Made by a program: the position numbers and the translations under genes
NCBI GenBank assembly: GCA_020137815.1
Contig: CM035353.1
Location: 4,774,001 to 4,838,000 of the forward strand
Source: Hormiphora californensis
Taxonomy: Eukaryota; Animalia; Ctenophora
Direction of reading: 5' to 3'
Length of the DNA: 64,000 nucleotides
Notes under the pieces: generated by a model
Databases searched by the model: none
What the model was told of the DNA's origin: nothing
Seen by the model: only the letters and a program-made list of their open reading frames with translations
Part shown: in pieces, positions 1 through 10,113 of the stretch
How positions within the stretch are numbered: position 1 is the first letter of the stretch
Layout of the letters: every line of letters starts with the position of its first letter

Positions 1-175
1 TCTCGCGCACCATTTTAACGGTCGCGTTGGATGTTAAAATTTTAACACGCCGTCAAACTGGCGCGCGAGATCGTTACTTTTAGAATGGGAGAGAGAAATT
101 TTAACGGCCGCTGGTGTGTGCGGCGTTAAAATCAAAATTTTAATTTTAATTTTAACTTTGGTGTGTGGTGACCCT
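1..175. mobile_element. Right end of a PIF/Harbinger-like MITE (truncated by window edge)
   Basis: Internal repeated ttttaac motifs; ends gtgtgtggtgaccc followed by TTA, consistent with a GGG terminus and TWA target site. Left end not visible. Confidence 0.35.
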
Positions 176-451
176 TAGCTTAGCTTTTTTTAGGGCTGGA
201 CCCCCCCCCCCCCCCCCAATAGATATATAATGAATTTGCAGGACATGCATGGACAAGAGCAAATGTAACTTCATCCCCTATAACCCCCTGATTTACCTAA
301 ACTTCCCCAAAAATGCGGGCCCGGCTTAGATATATAACACTTCATGGGTTTTAGGCGGGTGACCTGATAGATTATTCAGATACACGGGTTTGTGACATAT
401 CATGCAGTGTCAAGGACAAAACGCCACTAAAAAACCCGAAACTACTTATAG

Positions 452-1221
452 TTATTTACCTGGCTTTGCTCGATAGCTAATAGACGCGGTGTCATAGCCG
501 CGGGCTAAAAACTTTATCTTCACTACATCTCCTCCCCAGTTGGCTGTACAAGTACTTTTAGTACTTTTACTGAACCGGTAGTATAGAACATGCACTCCGT
601 TACATTCTATACTGACACTGGTGCTTGTCTTCCGAATGGTCCAAGTCTTTTCCACCTCCTCTGGTGGTTGCAGTGCAGCATCAGGAAAGTGGGTGTAGGA
701 GTTACAGCCAGAAATGTAGTATTTCATACGTGGAGTAGAGAACTTAACTACTAACGCTCCAATATACTTATCAACAGATATCGCCCCCATCCAAATGTGT
801 TTCCCACTTCCATGAGCAGAGTTTGTTTTGATTTGAATAGGGGTACTCTCCAGATCAAATGGGAAGGTATGATCACGCTGAACAGGAGTCCACGCTGTGG
901 GAATCATAATTTGTAACTAGAATAACTCACAAAAAGTAGCTACCGCCTTCACTAAGAATTATTACTTATTTTAATAAGATATTATTTATAAGATATACGA
1001 CAGGCAGATAGAATAATTATAGGCACGTATATTACCATGATCGCTTTGTGCTGTTGCACCTTGTATGAACAATACAATGATCGCTCACTTATGGCAACGA
1101 CGCCATCTTATAAAATGAGTATACATCATTACATCATGTAATACACATGGACTCCTGACTTACCTTCTACCATAGGACCAGCGATGATCAACGCAATAAG
1201 GAGACACTTGAAAGTCTCCAT
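452..1221 (-). CDS. Spliced host gene for a secreted protein with a ctenophore-type beta-rich domain (exons 1221-1164, 1106-1036, 916-~452)
   Basis: Exon 1 ATG at 1221 encodes the signal peptide METFKCLLIALIIAGPMVE and ends at a GTAAGT donor (phase 1). Exon 2 (71 nt) is open between ttttataAG and GTAATA (phase 0). Exon 3 follows ttctAG in frame with ORF 452..907 (DLESTPIQIKT..VEKTWTIRKT..CNGV..WGGDV..DTAS..YRA). A possible further donor CCAG/GTAAAT lies at 460/459. Confidence 0.75.
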
Positions 1222-1554
1222 TATGTGTTCGTGCAGATCAGTTCACTGAACTAGTCAAACACAACTTAATGCGATGTCAAAAAATTTATAGTTTTTAACT
1301 GCGTACGCCTATATTGAACTAGATTCAAGTCAATAGCTCTCCCTTTTTTCTCTCCGGCATCTCTCTGTCTCTAGCTGACCCTTGCCTCCAAATATTTCTC
1401 TCTATTCTCTCCTCTATGTTTCTCACTTGGGTGTGCCAAAGCTAATGGTGTTGTTATCTATCCACGTCAAACACTCTCCTCCCTATATAGACTGCACCAA
1501 CACCCACAGCTACCCACGTACTGACATTGGAAAAGGCCCAGTGATTGTTGGTCA

Positions 1555-1875
1555 TGGTTAGCGAGGTGTGGCGGCAAAACGGTGATAGTTGTGAGGATAC
1601 AAATTATGGGAGCACTCTGGATCAATTCGGCCTTGGTAACCTTTTCCATAATTTTTATCGAAAATTTATTTTTCATTCCTTCATTCATTTCTCGTTCATT
1701 TATGATGATATGAGCATCCTAATTTTCCATCCTTATCCTATTTTTCTTTGGGTTGAATTTATCTTTCCAATGAGCACCAAAAAATTAAAAAGCACCAGGT
1801 CACATGGCAGTTGAGAAAATACACATGCATGATTTTTGCTCTTCCTGCAACTTTCAATTGCTGCTCGCGATCACC
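1555..1875. mobile_element. Diverged partial copy of the Tc1/mariner-type foldback element at 41584-43099
   Basis: Shares gcaaaacggtgatagttgtg..agcaccaggtcacatg.cagttgagaaaat..catgcatgatttt with 41628-41920. Confidence 0.7.
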
Positions 1876-2474
1876 CGAACCGCCAGTTCAAAACAACGGG
1901 GAGTTTAGGATATCATATATTATAGCACTACAAATGAAGTCTAATTAGAAAACCCATCAGCTCTGTACCGACTCATGTATCAGTACCACACCCAATTTGA
2001 AATAAAAGCAGGCATCGCAACGGGTACATGCCAGGTCACATACCATTGCTATAACTATAAGGCGGGGAAACCAGGCGATATATGACACCATATCGCAATT
2101 ATTCTTGTTTGATTCGATGCAAAGCAAAAAAGGAGTGACAGTAACCTAAATTTCGGGTGGCGTGCGACTTTTGCACGTGCATCGTCAATGTTCTAAGCGC
2201 TCCTACTATTATAGTAGGAGCGCTTAGATCGGTTCCCGCCAAAAGTCGTGCGCCACCCCTTTTGCGCATTGTCATAGCTCCTTCATTTCAACTCCAATCA
2301 ATAAATGACCTTCAAGTTTTCCTAAGGTCTTATCGAGATCTACAAAAAACGTGGGGGTCATTTTTTGATTCGATGCGAAGCAAAGGAGTGACTTTTGCAC
2401 GTGCATGCTCTAAGCGCTCCTACTATTATGAAGGAGCAGGTTGTTGTTGTGTGCGCGGCTCTAGTTGCTAAACG

Positions 2475-2602
2475 TTGCCCCTCGAGGGAGTTGATAGAAC
2501 TAATAATGTTAGTGAAGGTTCTAGTAGTGCTTTGAAAAGATTCTTTGGAGCAAAGAAACCAACATTATGGAACTGGATACAACGTCTGGGAGATCAGTGC
2601 AG
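2475..2602 (+). pseudogene. MULE (Mutator-like) transposase C-terminal remnant
   Basis: RTNNVSEGSSSALKRFFGAKKPTLWNWIQRL matches the RTNNxxEGW/xxxxL...HPxIWxFIxxL motif of MULE transposases; truncated by the 2603 insertion. Confidence 0.6.
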
Positions 2603-3194
2603 GAGGGAAATCATACGACTCTTACTGCAGTTAGCGACAATCGACAAAACAGACAGCATAACTCTTTTAAGCGACAGTGCTGAGTAATTTCTCAAAACTC
2701 TTATTCTTAGTGAGCAACAGGGAAAAGAATTGGGGAGAGAAAGTGAGAGACAGGGTGCCCCCTTGAGAGAGATTATCTCGCGCGGCGCTCTGGCACGTGC
2801 GGTTTGGGCGCTGGCAGGCTTTTACATGTTTACAGAGCGCCGCGCGCTACTATCTTGCTCTCTCTCACTCACTAGCTGCATTCTGATTGGCTGTTATCGA
2901 TCACATGTACGCAGTCACAGGCTATCCCTGTGCACTAGGACTTATCACGTGACCTTTCACGTGACCAGATCCTGTGATCCCCTGTCAGTTAAGAGTTTTA
3001 AGAGTTTATACGTCGCTAAGTAGCGGCGCTTACCACACAAGAGAATGGAATCACCATTATCTTACTCTTGATATCTCTTACAAGAAAATAAGAGTTATTT
3101 TGGAAAACAGTCAGCACCTGTCGCTTACTCCAGTAAGCGATTGCGAAATCAATCAGCACCTGCTAACTTCAGTAAGAGTCGTATGATATCCCTC
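2603..3194. mobile_element. Non-autonomous TIR element, 3-bp CAG TSD (Harbinger-like)
   Basis: TIRs gagggaaatcatacgactcttactgcagttagc / gctaacttcagtaagagtcgtatgatatccctc; CAG at 2600-2602 and 3195-3197. Confidence 0.7.
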
Positions 3195-3197
3195 CAG

Positions 3198-4440
3198 GAC
3201 AGCAGTTACCACAGGAGGTACCCTCACATTTGCGGACGATACGAAAATACGACGCGCCATTGAAGGGCTTGAGGATACGGATACGCTCCAGAGAGACCTC
3301 GATAGGATTGCAGAATGGTCCAGAAGGAACAATATGCAACTGCATGCTGAAAAGTTTGAGGTGCTCAACTACAGGCTTAATCACACCAAGGAGCAAAGAG
3401 CCCTTCCTCAGGCTATAAGCATACTGATCGTGATGATCATAATCAGGTCAGTGTGCGGAGATTTTGATGATCACCATCAAAGAAGCGCTCACACTGATGG
3501 TTAATGGTTATCATCATGATGGAGGCTTGATGCATCATGATGCTCTCAAACCATAGTGTGTTCACGTTTGATCATCATAAACCATAGTGTGCGCAGGTTT
3601 GATCATCATAAACCATACTCAACTTGTTGGAACTTGCCTTTTGATCATGATCATCATGACCAGTGTGCTCAGCATGATGATGCTATCTCCCCCTTGCCTC
3701 CTCTTGCCTAGTCGCGCACTCTGAGAGGCTGTTGCATATCACGTAACCTGTACAACAGCCTCTCGTGCGCGCGAAGTCGTACCACGTGGTACATGTCACA
3801 TGACTACAGTGCAGCCCTCCATAAGAATAAGATCAGAACGTGCGCACACTAGGTGTTGATGATCATCCAGGGCCAGCTCTTACGTGATGATCATAATGTT
3901 GCGCACACTGCAGTTTTTTGCAGATGATGATGATCAAAACCATGAGCACACTTCATCTTTTTAACTGATTATGATCATCACGATCAGTATGCTTATAGCC
4001 TCACACTGAGGAATGCTACCAATATACCAGCTCATCAGGGGAAATAATTGACCCATCACGCTGGGTGAAAGACCTAGGGATATACATGTCCTCCGATGGA
4101 AAATGGGCAAAGCACACTACAACCATCGCAAGGGAAGGAAAAAGACTAGTAGGATGGATTTTGGGGTGTTTAGAGATCGGGATGACATTTTATCGGGAAG
4201 AAGAGCGGGGCGGTGTAAAAGCTACTCGACCAAAGCTAATATATATATATAACGGATGCACAGGACTCCGTGAAATCGCTTAGAGATGAATCATTCAATA
4301 TGAAAGCTGCTCAACTCTTCAACAGAATGCCAAAAATCGTACAACGATGTACAACTCTAGAAACTGGGAAATATGCTTGAAACCATTCCCGTCTACCCTC
4401 CTTCGTAACAACTCGCTCGTCGCTCTGCTAAAGGAAGGCA
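3198..4440 (+). pseudogene. CR1/L2-like LINE reverse transcriptase remnant, split by a MITE
   Basis: LTFADDTKIRRAIEGLEDTDTLQRDLDRIAEWSRRNNMQLHAEKFEVL (FADD at 3229-3240), continuing after the MITE as ..VKDLGIYMSSDGKWAKHTTTIAREGKRLVGWILG. Confidence 0.85.
3411..4000. mobile_element. PIF/Harbinger-like MITE, TCA TSD
   Basis: TIR ggctataagcatactgatcgtgatgatcataatcag and its reverse complement at 3965-4000; TCA on both sides; interior rich in tgatca/catcatga motifs. Confidence 0.85.
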
Positions 4441-4811
4441 TATAAAAAAGCTCACTTCACATTTCACAACCACTTCACGCGGATACATTAGTTGAGTGCG
4501 TGGTATATTCTTGTGTTATGTATACCGAAACTAATGTGTAAATCTTGTAAAATACTGCAAGTAAAATCTTTATGATTATCCAAATTGCAGCAAAGGAAAG
4601 ACCAACGCAGCGAAAAAGAAAAAGGGTCAAGTTCAACGGAGCGAGCAAATTTATATTGAAGTGAGCAGTTATGTTTTTGTTTCTGAGGTCCAGCAATTAG
4701 TTTTATTGAGAAGAATCTCCCGGCAAAGCAAAAGTACATGAACATTATTGTTGAGCCAGTTCTAGTTATTTCTAGAAATTTGTTTTTAATCTTACTTTCC
4801 ATCAAACTTAA

Positions 4812-5040
4812 AGGTCCTCCCAAACTACTATGTCCCTTGCTGCGCGCGACCGGATTTTAGACGGCCATAGCTCCACCCCCTGATAAGATAGAGACTTGAA
4901 ATTTTGAAATTTGTGAGGAGATCATGTCGAGTTCTTCCTACAAAACAAATTTCAAGTCTCTATCTCATCAGGGAGTGGAGTTATGACCGTGGGAAATTTC
5001 ACAAAACCCGAGTGAGGGACATAGTAGTTTGGGGTGTACT
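4812..5040. mobile_element. TTAA-flanked MITE (Kolobok-like)
   Basis: TTAA at 4808-4811 and 5041-5044; AG termini; imperfect long inverted arms cccaaactactatgtccct..gatagagacttgaaattt. Confidence 0.7.
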
Positions 5041-5418
5041 TTAATTATTTCTCAATTATACAATCATAGATTATACAAACATAGCTGAAATTCTACATAA
5101 CTTTGAGTGGCATTCCTGGCATTGGGGAAGGTTTCGGAGATACCGAGGACACCGAGGCGGGCGTTGGGAATTATACCATTTACCCCATCAATGCTCAGCC
5201 AACCATATATTAAATTTTAACTGTCATTTCTCGTTCAGAGTACTCCAAGAAGACCCCATCTGAAGGATGACATTGAGGATGTAGTAACCCTGGGCCGCCC
5301 CCAGCCTCTGGCTCCCAGTGTCACCCCCCCCTTTTAAATTTTTTATCCGTTACCACCTTAGTAGTATTAGTTATAGCTTATATTATAATTTGTTACCGTT
5401 ATAGATTCAGTTGTTGCA

Positions 5419-5964
5419 ATGGAAAGTGTACTGCTGGAAAGACTACAGTGTCCTGTGTGCGATGATATTAGAACCTGCATAAATGGGCATATTGTGTGTG
5501 CCGATTGTTTGACCAAACTGGATCCTAGGGTCTGTCCGATGTGCCGAGGTGAATTGCCAGAAGTAAGGCATTTGATTTTGGAAGAATTGGCCGCTCTGCT
5601 ACCAGACCCCCCTGCACCCCCTGTCTGTCCTGAGTGCGGGTGCCCTGTTCCTAGGGATGAGATAGAGGTTCACCTCTTGGTGTTTCACCGTGCCGAGAGG
5701 ATTGCAGCCGAGTCGGCCAGGATCACACTGAGCTCCGAGGAGGTGGGCAGCCATGGGATGGTTCTATTAGGAAACCCGGCTGTGGTAATTATGCTAGAGC
5801 CAGGAACTGTACAAGTAATGAACCTGGGTGACAGACGTCGTACGTTTGGGTTCTGTGGACCCCAATTGGAGGAAATCCAGGCGATGGTTTTAGAGCCGGG
5901 GGAGATGTCCCCATTATCATCAATGAACTTGGGGAGAACTTTTCTAGTCGGGCTTCCGGAGTGA
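5419..5964 (+). CDS. Sina/SIAH-like RING finger protein with a second zinc finger (putative E3 ligase), 181 aa
   Basis: CPVC-x5-CxNGHxxCxxC..CPMCR (C3HC4 RING with shortened first loop), RHLILEEL as in Sina, then CPEC..HLLVFH. Intronless, intact, GC-richer than its flanks. Confidence 0.8.
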   Translation: MESVLLERLQCPVCDDIRTCINGHIVCADCLTKLDPRVCPMCRGELPEVRHLILEELAALLPDPPAPPVCPECGCPVPRDEIEVHLLVFHRAERIAAESARITLSSEEVGSHGMVLLGNPAVVIMLEPGTVQVMNLGDRRRTFGFCGPQLEEIQAMVLEPGEMSPLSSMNLGRTFLVGLPE

Positions 5965-6178
5965 TCTCTCTCTGTCTGGCGGCGCCAGACCGAGTAATCT
6001 GTAGTGTTAAATTATACAGTTGTATTAGTTTATGTATTATGTAATTAACTTCTTCTTTTTATTCTTTTATTAGCTATTGGCATTATGCACTACTTTGCAC
6101 CTCCTGCCTCTGTAACCTTTGTAAATTGTATGTCTTGTTCTTTGGAAGTTAACCCCTCTCCACTCTCCCAATCTAGCG

Positions 6179-8254
6179 ATGTTTTGTTGGTGGATCATCT
6201 TACTCACCATTTCGGCCGGGCTGGAGAAGATTGAGGAATGGGAGGAGACTAGGCAGTTCTACCAAACCTCAGATGTGTTGACCAAAGAAGAGCTAGGTAT
6301 CGCTCTATTACCAGATAAACTTCTGGTGACTGCAGAGGAGACCCTCCTGCAATCCGTGTTCCTGAGTGTCAAGATTCCTCCCACCCCCCGAAGTCCGTGT
6401 AACCTGCCTTGTACCCCAGATCTGGAAGTTATTGGACGAAAAGTACCACCCCAGAGCAATGGTGCTTGGATCAAGCAGATGGCAGTCCAGTCAGCTACCG
6501 TGATTGACAAGCTGAAGGTGAGCATTGCAGCTGAGTGTGTATCAGAGTGCCTTGCGGCCAGGCGGTGCAACCAAATCTCCTTTGATTACGCCTCGGGGCT
6601 GTGTCAGCTGGAAACTGGACAGAGTTACAGTGCCGGAAACATCAACCCATCACTACCACCGCTACAGTACACCGCCCGTCTCCCTGTCTTGTTGCAGTAC
6701 ATGGAGATGGATCGTGAAGAGGCGTGTGGCTCAGGCAGGAATGATCTTCATAGCCGATTGGTAAGAGAGATGCAGGTAGTGAGGCGATCCATCCGCCGCA
6801 TGTACATTGACCGGTTTAGAGACCTACAACGGGCCTATGATTTTGGATCCAGTCAACCTGGGAGATCCAGACGGGACTGGGGAATATTCGATGTACTAGA
6901 GCATGTACCTATTGTCGGGCATTTTTACCAGATCCTAAAAAGTCCGGTAGAGAACCGAAAGGTGAAGGAACATCTGCATTCCCTGGAGAGCAGGTTTAAG
7001 AAGTTCTCGGCAGACACGATGAGCTACATGAACAGCATGAGGGAGTATGACGAGCAAGTCCTCAAGATCGTAGACCATGAAATAAACGAAGTTTACGAGC
7101 ACCTCAATGGGGTAAAGTGCGATGTAAATACCGTGGCCAACCTACTGTCGGAGATGATGGCTGACCGCTTGATCGAGCTAAAGATGAAGAGCTTGTTTTA
7201 TAGCTCGGCTCACGGGAAGCTTTCTGTTCCAGTAACAACTACACTCACCATCGAGGATTTGCGGAAAATTACATACAGCAACCCCCTGTTTGAAGATACG
7301 GTGTATCTCAGGAACCCTGAAATCCTCTATCGCCTGGCGGACCTAATGTTGATGGAGATAAAGGAGACACAAACTGACTTAATCTTCCACTTCTTGCTAG
7401 TGACGCCCAAGGTGAAACCCAACAACATTTACCAGACTTTCCAGGCAGTGTCCGTGCCGGTACAACATCCAGAAAATGCCCTCGAGTGCTACCAAGTTCG
7501 ACCGCCTGAGTTAATCATAGTTGATAACCGTCTGGCGTATGCAGTCGAGACCACACAATGTGTGGACAAAGATGGGGTGATATTCTGCCAACAGGAATTC
7601 ACAGATAAGTTCTCACCCTTGAAGACCAGGTGGAATTGTTTTAACGACGGGGACTATGAGTTTGAGGTGAGTTCGTGCGCCACCAAGATGATCTTTACCA
7701 AATTGGGCGGGCTCGTGTTTTCGCAGAAGGAGCTTCTTGGAATGCGAGTCCAGGATCGTTCGAGCCTCACAGTAATTGGGCAACCAGGGAAAACCACCCA
7801 TTTCATCCCGTGGAGTATGTACCAGATGATACAAAGTGATCGTATGGTAATGTACAGCGTTGACAGCAAACTGACATATCGTAACTTGTCATGGGACACT
7901 CCAGCAGAACTCCAGATGGTGAGGAAACAATTCCAGCTGGCCCACATCAAGCGAGATCGGGCAAACTTCACCAAATTAGCCAACAGCCTCCAAGAAACGG
8001 TGACCTTGGTGGAAGGAGACTACAAAATCGGGTACCTGGGTTTACCGGTCTCTAAACGAAATTTTTTTGAGATCCTCGGTTGGGCATCCCTCATCGCCAC
8101 CTGTTGCATGATCGTATCTTGCATCTTCAAGAGGTATCAAGAACACACCCTAGATATAATAGAGTCTCTGGTTGGGTTCAGCAATTGGTTTCTGAGCAGA
8201 GACAGGCGGCCCCAACTCCAGCCATCGAAGAGAAAAACGAGGAAGAAGAGGTGA
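6179..8254 (+). CDS. Class I F-type viral fusion (envelope) glycoprotein, 691 aa, with PAN/apple-like insert
   Basis: Signal peptide aa 1-14. C120-x3-C-x5-C-x11-C PAN pattern. Furin site RSRR at aa 229-232 (6863-6874), followed by the hydrophobic DWGIFDVLEHVPIVGHFYQIL and long heptad helices. Then LLVTP..IYQTFQAVSVPV plus a Cys-rich segment as in baculovirus F/errantivirus Env/paramyxovirus-like F. TM at ~aa 629-650; basic tail. Confidence 0.85.
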   Translation: MFCWWIILLTISAGLEKIEEWEETRQFYQTSDVLTKEELGIALLPDKLLVTAEETLLQSVFLSVKIPPTPRSPCNLPCTPDLEVIGRKVPPQSNGAWIKQMAVQSATVIDKLKVSIAAECVSECLAARRCNQISFDYASGLCQLETGQSYSAGNINPSLPPLQYTARLPVLLQYMEMDREEACGSGRNDLHSRLVREMQVVRRSIRRMYIDRFRDLQRAYDFGSSQPGRSRRDWGIFDVLEHVPIVGHFYQILKSPVENRKVKEHLHSLESRFKKFSADTMSYMNSMREYDEQVLKIVDHEINEVYEHLNGVKCDVNTVANLLSEMMADRLIELKMKSLFYSSAHGKLSVPVTTTLTIEDLRKITYSNPLFEDTVYLRNPEILYRLADLMLMEIKETQTDLIFHFLLVTPKVKPNNIYQTFQAVSVPVQHPENALECYQVRPPELIIVDNRLAYAVETTQCVDKDGVIFCQQEFTDKFSPLKTRWNCFNDGDYEFEVSSCATKMIFTKLGGLVFSQKELLGMRVQDRSSLTVIGQPGKTTHFIPWSMYQMIQSDRMVMYSVDSKLTYRNLSWDTPAELQMVRKQFQLAHIKRDRANFTKLANSLQETVTLVEGDYKIGYLGLPVSKRNFFEILGWASLIATCCMIVSCIFKRYQEHTLDIIESLVGFSNWFLSRDRRPQLQPSKRKTRKKR

Positions 8255-8907
8255 TGAATGAAGGGGAGGTGTTGAAGGAGGTCGAGGTGTTGAAGGAGGA
8301 GGAATAGGCTAGTCGAGTTCTGCTTTACCCCGTTTTGCCCCCCGCCTCTGCTGCTACTAATGGACGCTCTCTCTCTGACTATTTCACCCAACAGCTTCAA
8401 GGATCTATGGTGCAGCACACTGTCACGATGAGGAGCCGGGCCACGGCTTTCATACCCCCTCCTGAAGACGCGGAGTTACCTCCCCTGGAGTTCCCTGGTT
8501 TCTGGTGCGCATGCACCCAGACCCCGGAAGAGTTAAATCTCCCGTGGAGAATTTATGATTCGGAGAGGTTTTTCTCTTGGCCGCTCATCATTAGGCTAAT
8601 AGATACCATCATGGACGGGAGACAGCGGTGGTCCAGGTCCCACTCTACTGCAGCAAAAGAGAGATTGAAGAGGGACATTGAAGACAATAAGAGAGAGATC
8701 CTGACACTGTTGAGAAGGAGGTTGAGGTCGATGAGAGGAGCGAGTGTGAGGTCTGGCAGAGCCGCAGAAATGAGGAGGAGGCTTTTCAGGATTCTGGATC
8801 CACTTCTAGACTGTTTAAATCCGGAAACTCCGGTCATGATCACCTGTCAAGGAATGTACGATGCCGTAGTCGGTATGATTCTTTTGACGCAGGAGGAAGA
8901 ATGGTGA
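8254..8907 (+). CDS. Accessory ORF of unknown function (likely start ATG 8254 overlapping the F stop; one in-frame TAG at 8305-8307)
   Basis: TGATG overlap; MNEGEVLKEVEVLKEEE* is in frame with ORF 8335..8907; homologous fragments at ~47300-47510 and ~52380-52580 show it is coding. Confidence 0.65.
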
Positions 8908-9012
8908 GGAGGTCACGGGCACTGTTGTCGGCACAATAGCTGCACGTGACCGGCCGACCCGATAAAGGAGAAATATAGAAAACAATTGGGAAGATTTACG
9001 TGAGAAAGGTAC

Positions 9013-9040
9013 TATAAAAGTTAGTTTATTACCCTCAGTT
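9013..9040 (+). promoter_or_regulatory. TATA box plus Inr-like TCAGTT upstream of the micro-gene
   Basis: TATAAAAG at 9013-9020, TCAGTT at 9035-9040, Kozak-like gccaaccATGa at 9048. Confidence 0.5.
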
Positions 9041-9047
9041 GCCAACC

Positions 9048-9492
9048 ATGAATTGCTGCGAATGTTACTTGTCAGTAGGCGAACTAATTAATATTAATGC
9101 AGTCGCCTACTGGCCTGCATATTGTGATTCCGTCGCAATCAGAGTTTATATTCCATGGCGTGAGGAATACCTTTTCCTCACGCCATGCGAAGTCGCCCGT
9201 ACTGCTTTGAATGTAAGTTTATCATCTATATTAATATATTTTATTATATTGACTGCCTTTGTTTCTTTTTACGCTAAAATATGTTTTAAATACTCGTTTC
9301 CCTTCAGATTTTTGAAACTTGTTATAACGACGAGGAGATGGTGGATCAAGCACTGAACTTGATTGGTGAAGTAAGTTTGAATCTGTACATATATGCTAGC
9401 AATTACCCTCCCCTCTGCCCCCCCCCCTTGTTTTAATATTCGCTTGATTTAGTTTTATAACAATAAACCTCTTTCAGGGATCAAGCTATTGA
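9048..9492 (+). CDS. Three-exon ~80-aa Cys-containing micro-protein (exons 9048-9212, 9308-9370, 9478-9492)
   Basis: Two GTAAGT donors and ttcAG acceptors, all phase 0, giving the open frame MNCCECYLSV..ARTALN-IFETCYNDEEMVDQALNLIGE-GSSY*. Confidence 0.55.
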
Positions 9493-9866
9493 TGACACAT
9501 GCTCCAGGACTGCCCGGATCACCAACTCGCTGCTTCGTGTCTTGATTTGTGGCAAAACTTACACTGATATGCCTCAACACCAACAATTCCTGGTTGTCAA
9601 GCATCCTTCCTGATCCTCTCCATACTCCTCTGTACCCCTCCCTTGCTCATAACGAGCAAGTCAATATCGGATCCTTCTGTCACCGTATTGTGTGTCACCG
9701 TATTGTTTGTCATTGTTTGTCATTGAGCCAAAGGGCCTGCATGCTAAGGGTATGCCCTGCAGGATCTCCATAAACTCTGTCCTCATTCTATTTAAATATA
9801 TTTGTTATTTGTTATATGTAGTAATTATTTACCCTTAAAAAATTAATGTGTTTAATTTGTTTGGTG

Positions 9867-10113
9867 ATTAACATGGTGTTACATTTACTTAACCTGGGAT
9901 TAGCATGGTGTTACACCAAATAGCACCAAATCAATTAATTATAATTAATTGAAATTAATTATAATGAATAATTAACACATATCACATGGTGTGACGTCAT
10001 GAATCACGTGATCTGTAGTTGAGCACAGTCATGTGACGTCATGAATCACGTAACTGCGCTCAGAAATGAGGACAGTCACGTGACTGTCCTCATTACACGG
10101 TTTTCCAACTACT
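9867..10113 (-). mobile_element. Polinton/Maverick-type terminal repeat (right end), copy 1
   Basis: Minus strand starts 5'-AGTAGTTGGAAAACCGTGTAATGAG. Contains a 30-bp perfect palindrome (10065-10094) and repeated TGACGTCA/CACGTG motifs. Homology with the 26176 and 43855 copies ends at the ACTACT. Confidence 0.65.

Noticed and set aside
6259-8843. Antisense and alternative-frame ORFs within F and the accessory ORF
   Set aside because: Shadows of GC-richer coding sequence; no motifs.
8922-9873. Possible 3' LTR (TGTT..AACA) after a purine-rich tract, making F an errantivirus env
   Set aside because: No second LTR or gag-pol in the window; the purine tract is interrupted; the span holds an intron-containing gene; the AACA end belongs to the repeat shared with 43638. 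Not fully excluded.
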